A stretch of 62,342 bases of DNA, counting the filler, from Sphacelaria rigidula (taxonomy: Eukaryota), in assembly GCA_964200075.2 (NCBI GenBank). It is 8 parts of 8 records of this genome, joined end to end, with 100 filler letters (N's around TTAATTAATTAA, not from the genome) between each part and the next. Parts side by side here need not be neighbours in the genome. Positions count along the whole stretch, not along the records: positions 54,639 to 62,342 come from CAXNAA020013734.1; 7 more parts are not named here. One strand, given 5' to 3'. Below the pieces are notes generated by a model that was given only the letters and a program-made list of their open reading frames with translations, was not told where the DNA came from and did not search any database. Shown here in pieces: positions 61,777 to 62,342 of the stretch (within the stretch, counting starts at the first letter, position 1; every line of letters begins with the position of its first letter). The translations under genes and the position numbers were made by a program.

Positions 61777-62342
61777 CTGCGAACCCCGAACCCCGCCCCC
61801 CACCCCCCGCAGAGGAAACGGACAAAAACGAAATAATTGGTGAGACCAGACCACAATGTACTGTTCCAACAAAAAAAATACAAGCAAGGAATTGAAATAT
61901 TGCCCAGCTTTAGGGATTAAAGTTTGCAAACCATGAACAAATACAGCACCACCCCTCCGTTTCAAGGGAAACTCCCACTGCTATCTGTTTTTCTCACATG
62001 CATTTCGTGTAGAACGGCAACTTCCCGCCATACCACAGTACCGCTTTGGATACACCGTTTCACTGCCGTGCAAATCAAAAAAGGTACAAAACACCTTCGT
62101 CACAAACAAAAGAAAAACGCGATACATACATACATACATGCATGCATGCATACATGCACACACTACCGTAGTTTACAAAATCCACAATTGCACAAAATGA
62201 TTCTTAAGCGGTCGATGAATACGAACCCGAACTCAAACCCAAAACACATAGAGGCGGAGGGTGGGGGGGGGGGGGGGGGGGGGAGAAAAAAGAAAAAACA
62301 ACAACAACCAAAAAAAAACAACACCCTCTGTCGGCGCCACAA

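Overview
This window is not one contiguous locus. It consists of eight blocks of 7706, 7706, 7706, 7705, 7705, 7705, 7705 and 7704 bp joined by an identical 100-bp spacer (N44-TTAATTAATTAA-N44), most likely length-sorted small contigs concatenated into a pseudo-scaffold. The DNA is eukaryotic and repeat-rich, and is inferred to be brown algal (Phaeophyceae) from an EsV-1-7-domain gene and the intron style. Recognisable host genes: (1) an intronless 816-aa ORF with 16 tandem 38-aa EsV-1-7 repeats (C-X4-C-X16-C-X2-H), (2) the last two exons of a NudC-family CS/p23 co-chaperone, and (3) the last three exons of PAN3, with an unusual Gly/His/Met/Pro-rich tail. The rest is mobile or repetitive DNA: two related, internally deleted Ty3/gypsy elements, LINE, Copia and hAT relics, a tRNA-derived SINE family, several MITE families, long foldback hairpins and an (ATCA)n-type satellite. 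The best candidate for a new system is the EsV-1-7 array, whose repeats vary at a few clustered, co-varying positions, as in a TALE or zinc-finger recognition code. This function is inferred, not shown. Other leads are an open but DDE-dead second integrase frame in a gypsy element, a miRNA-like hairpin, and the PAN3 tail.
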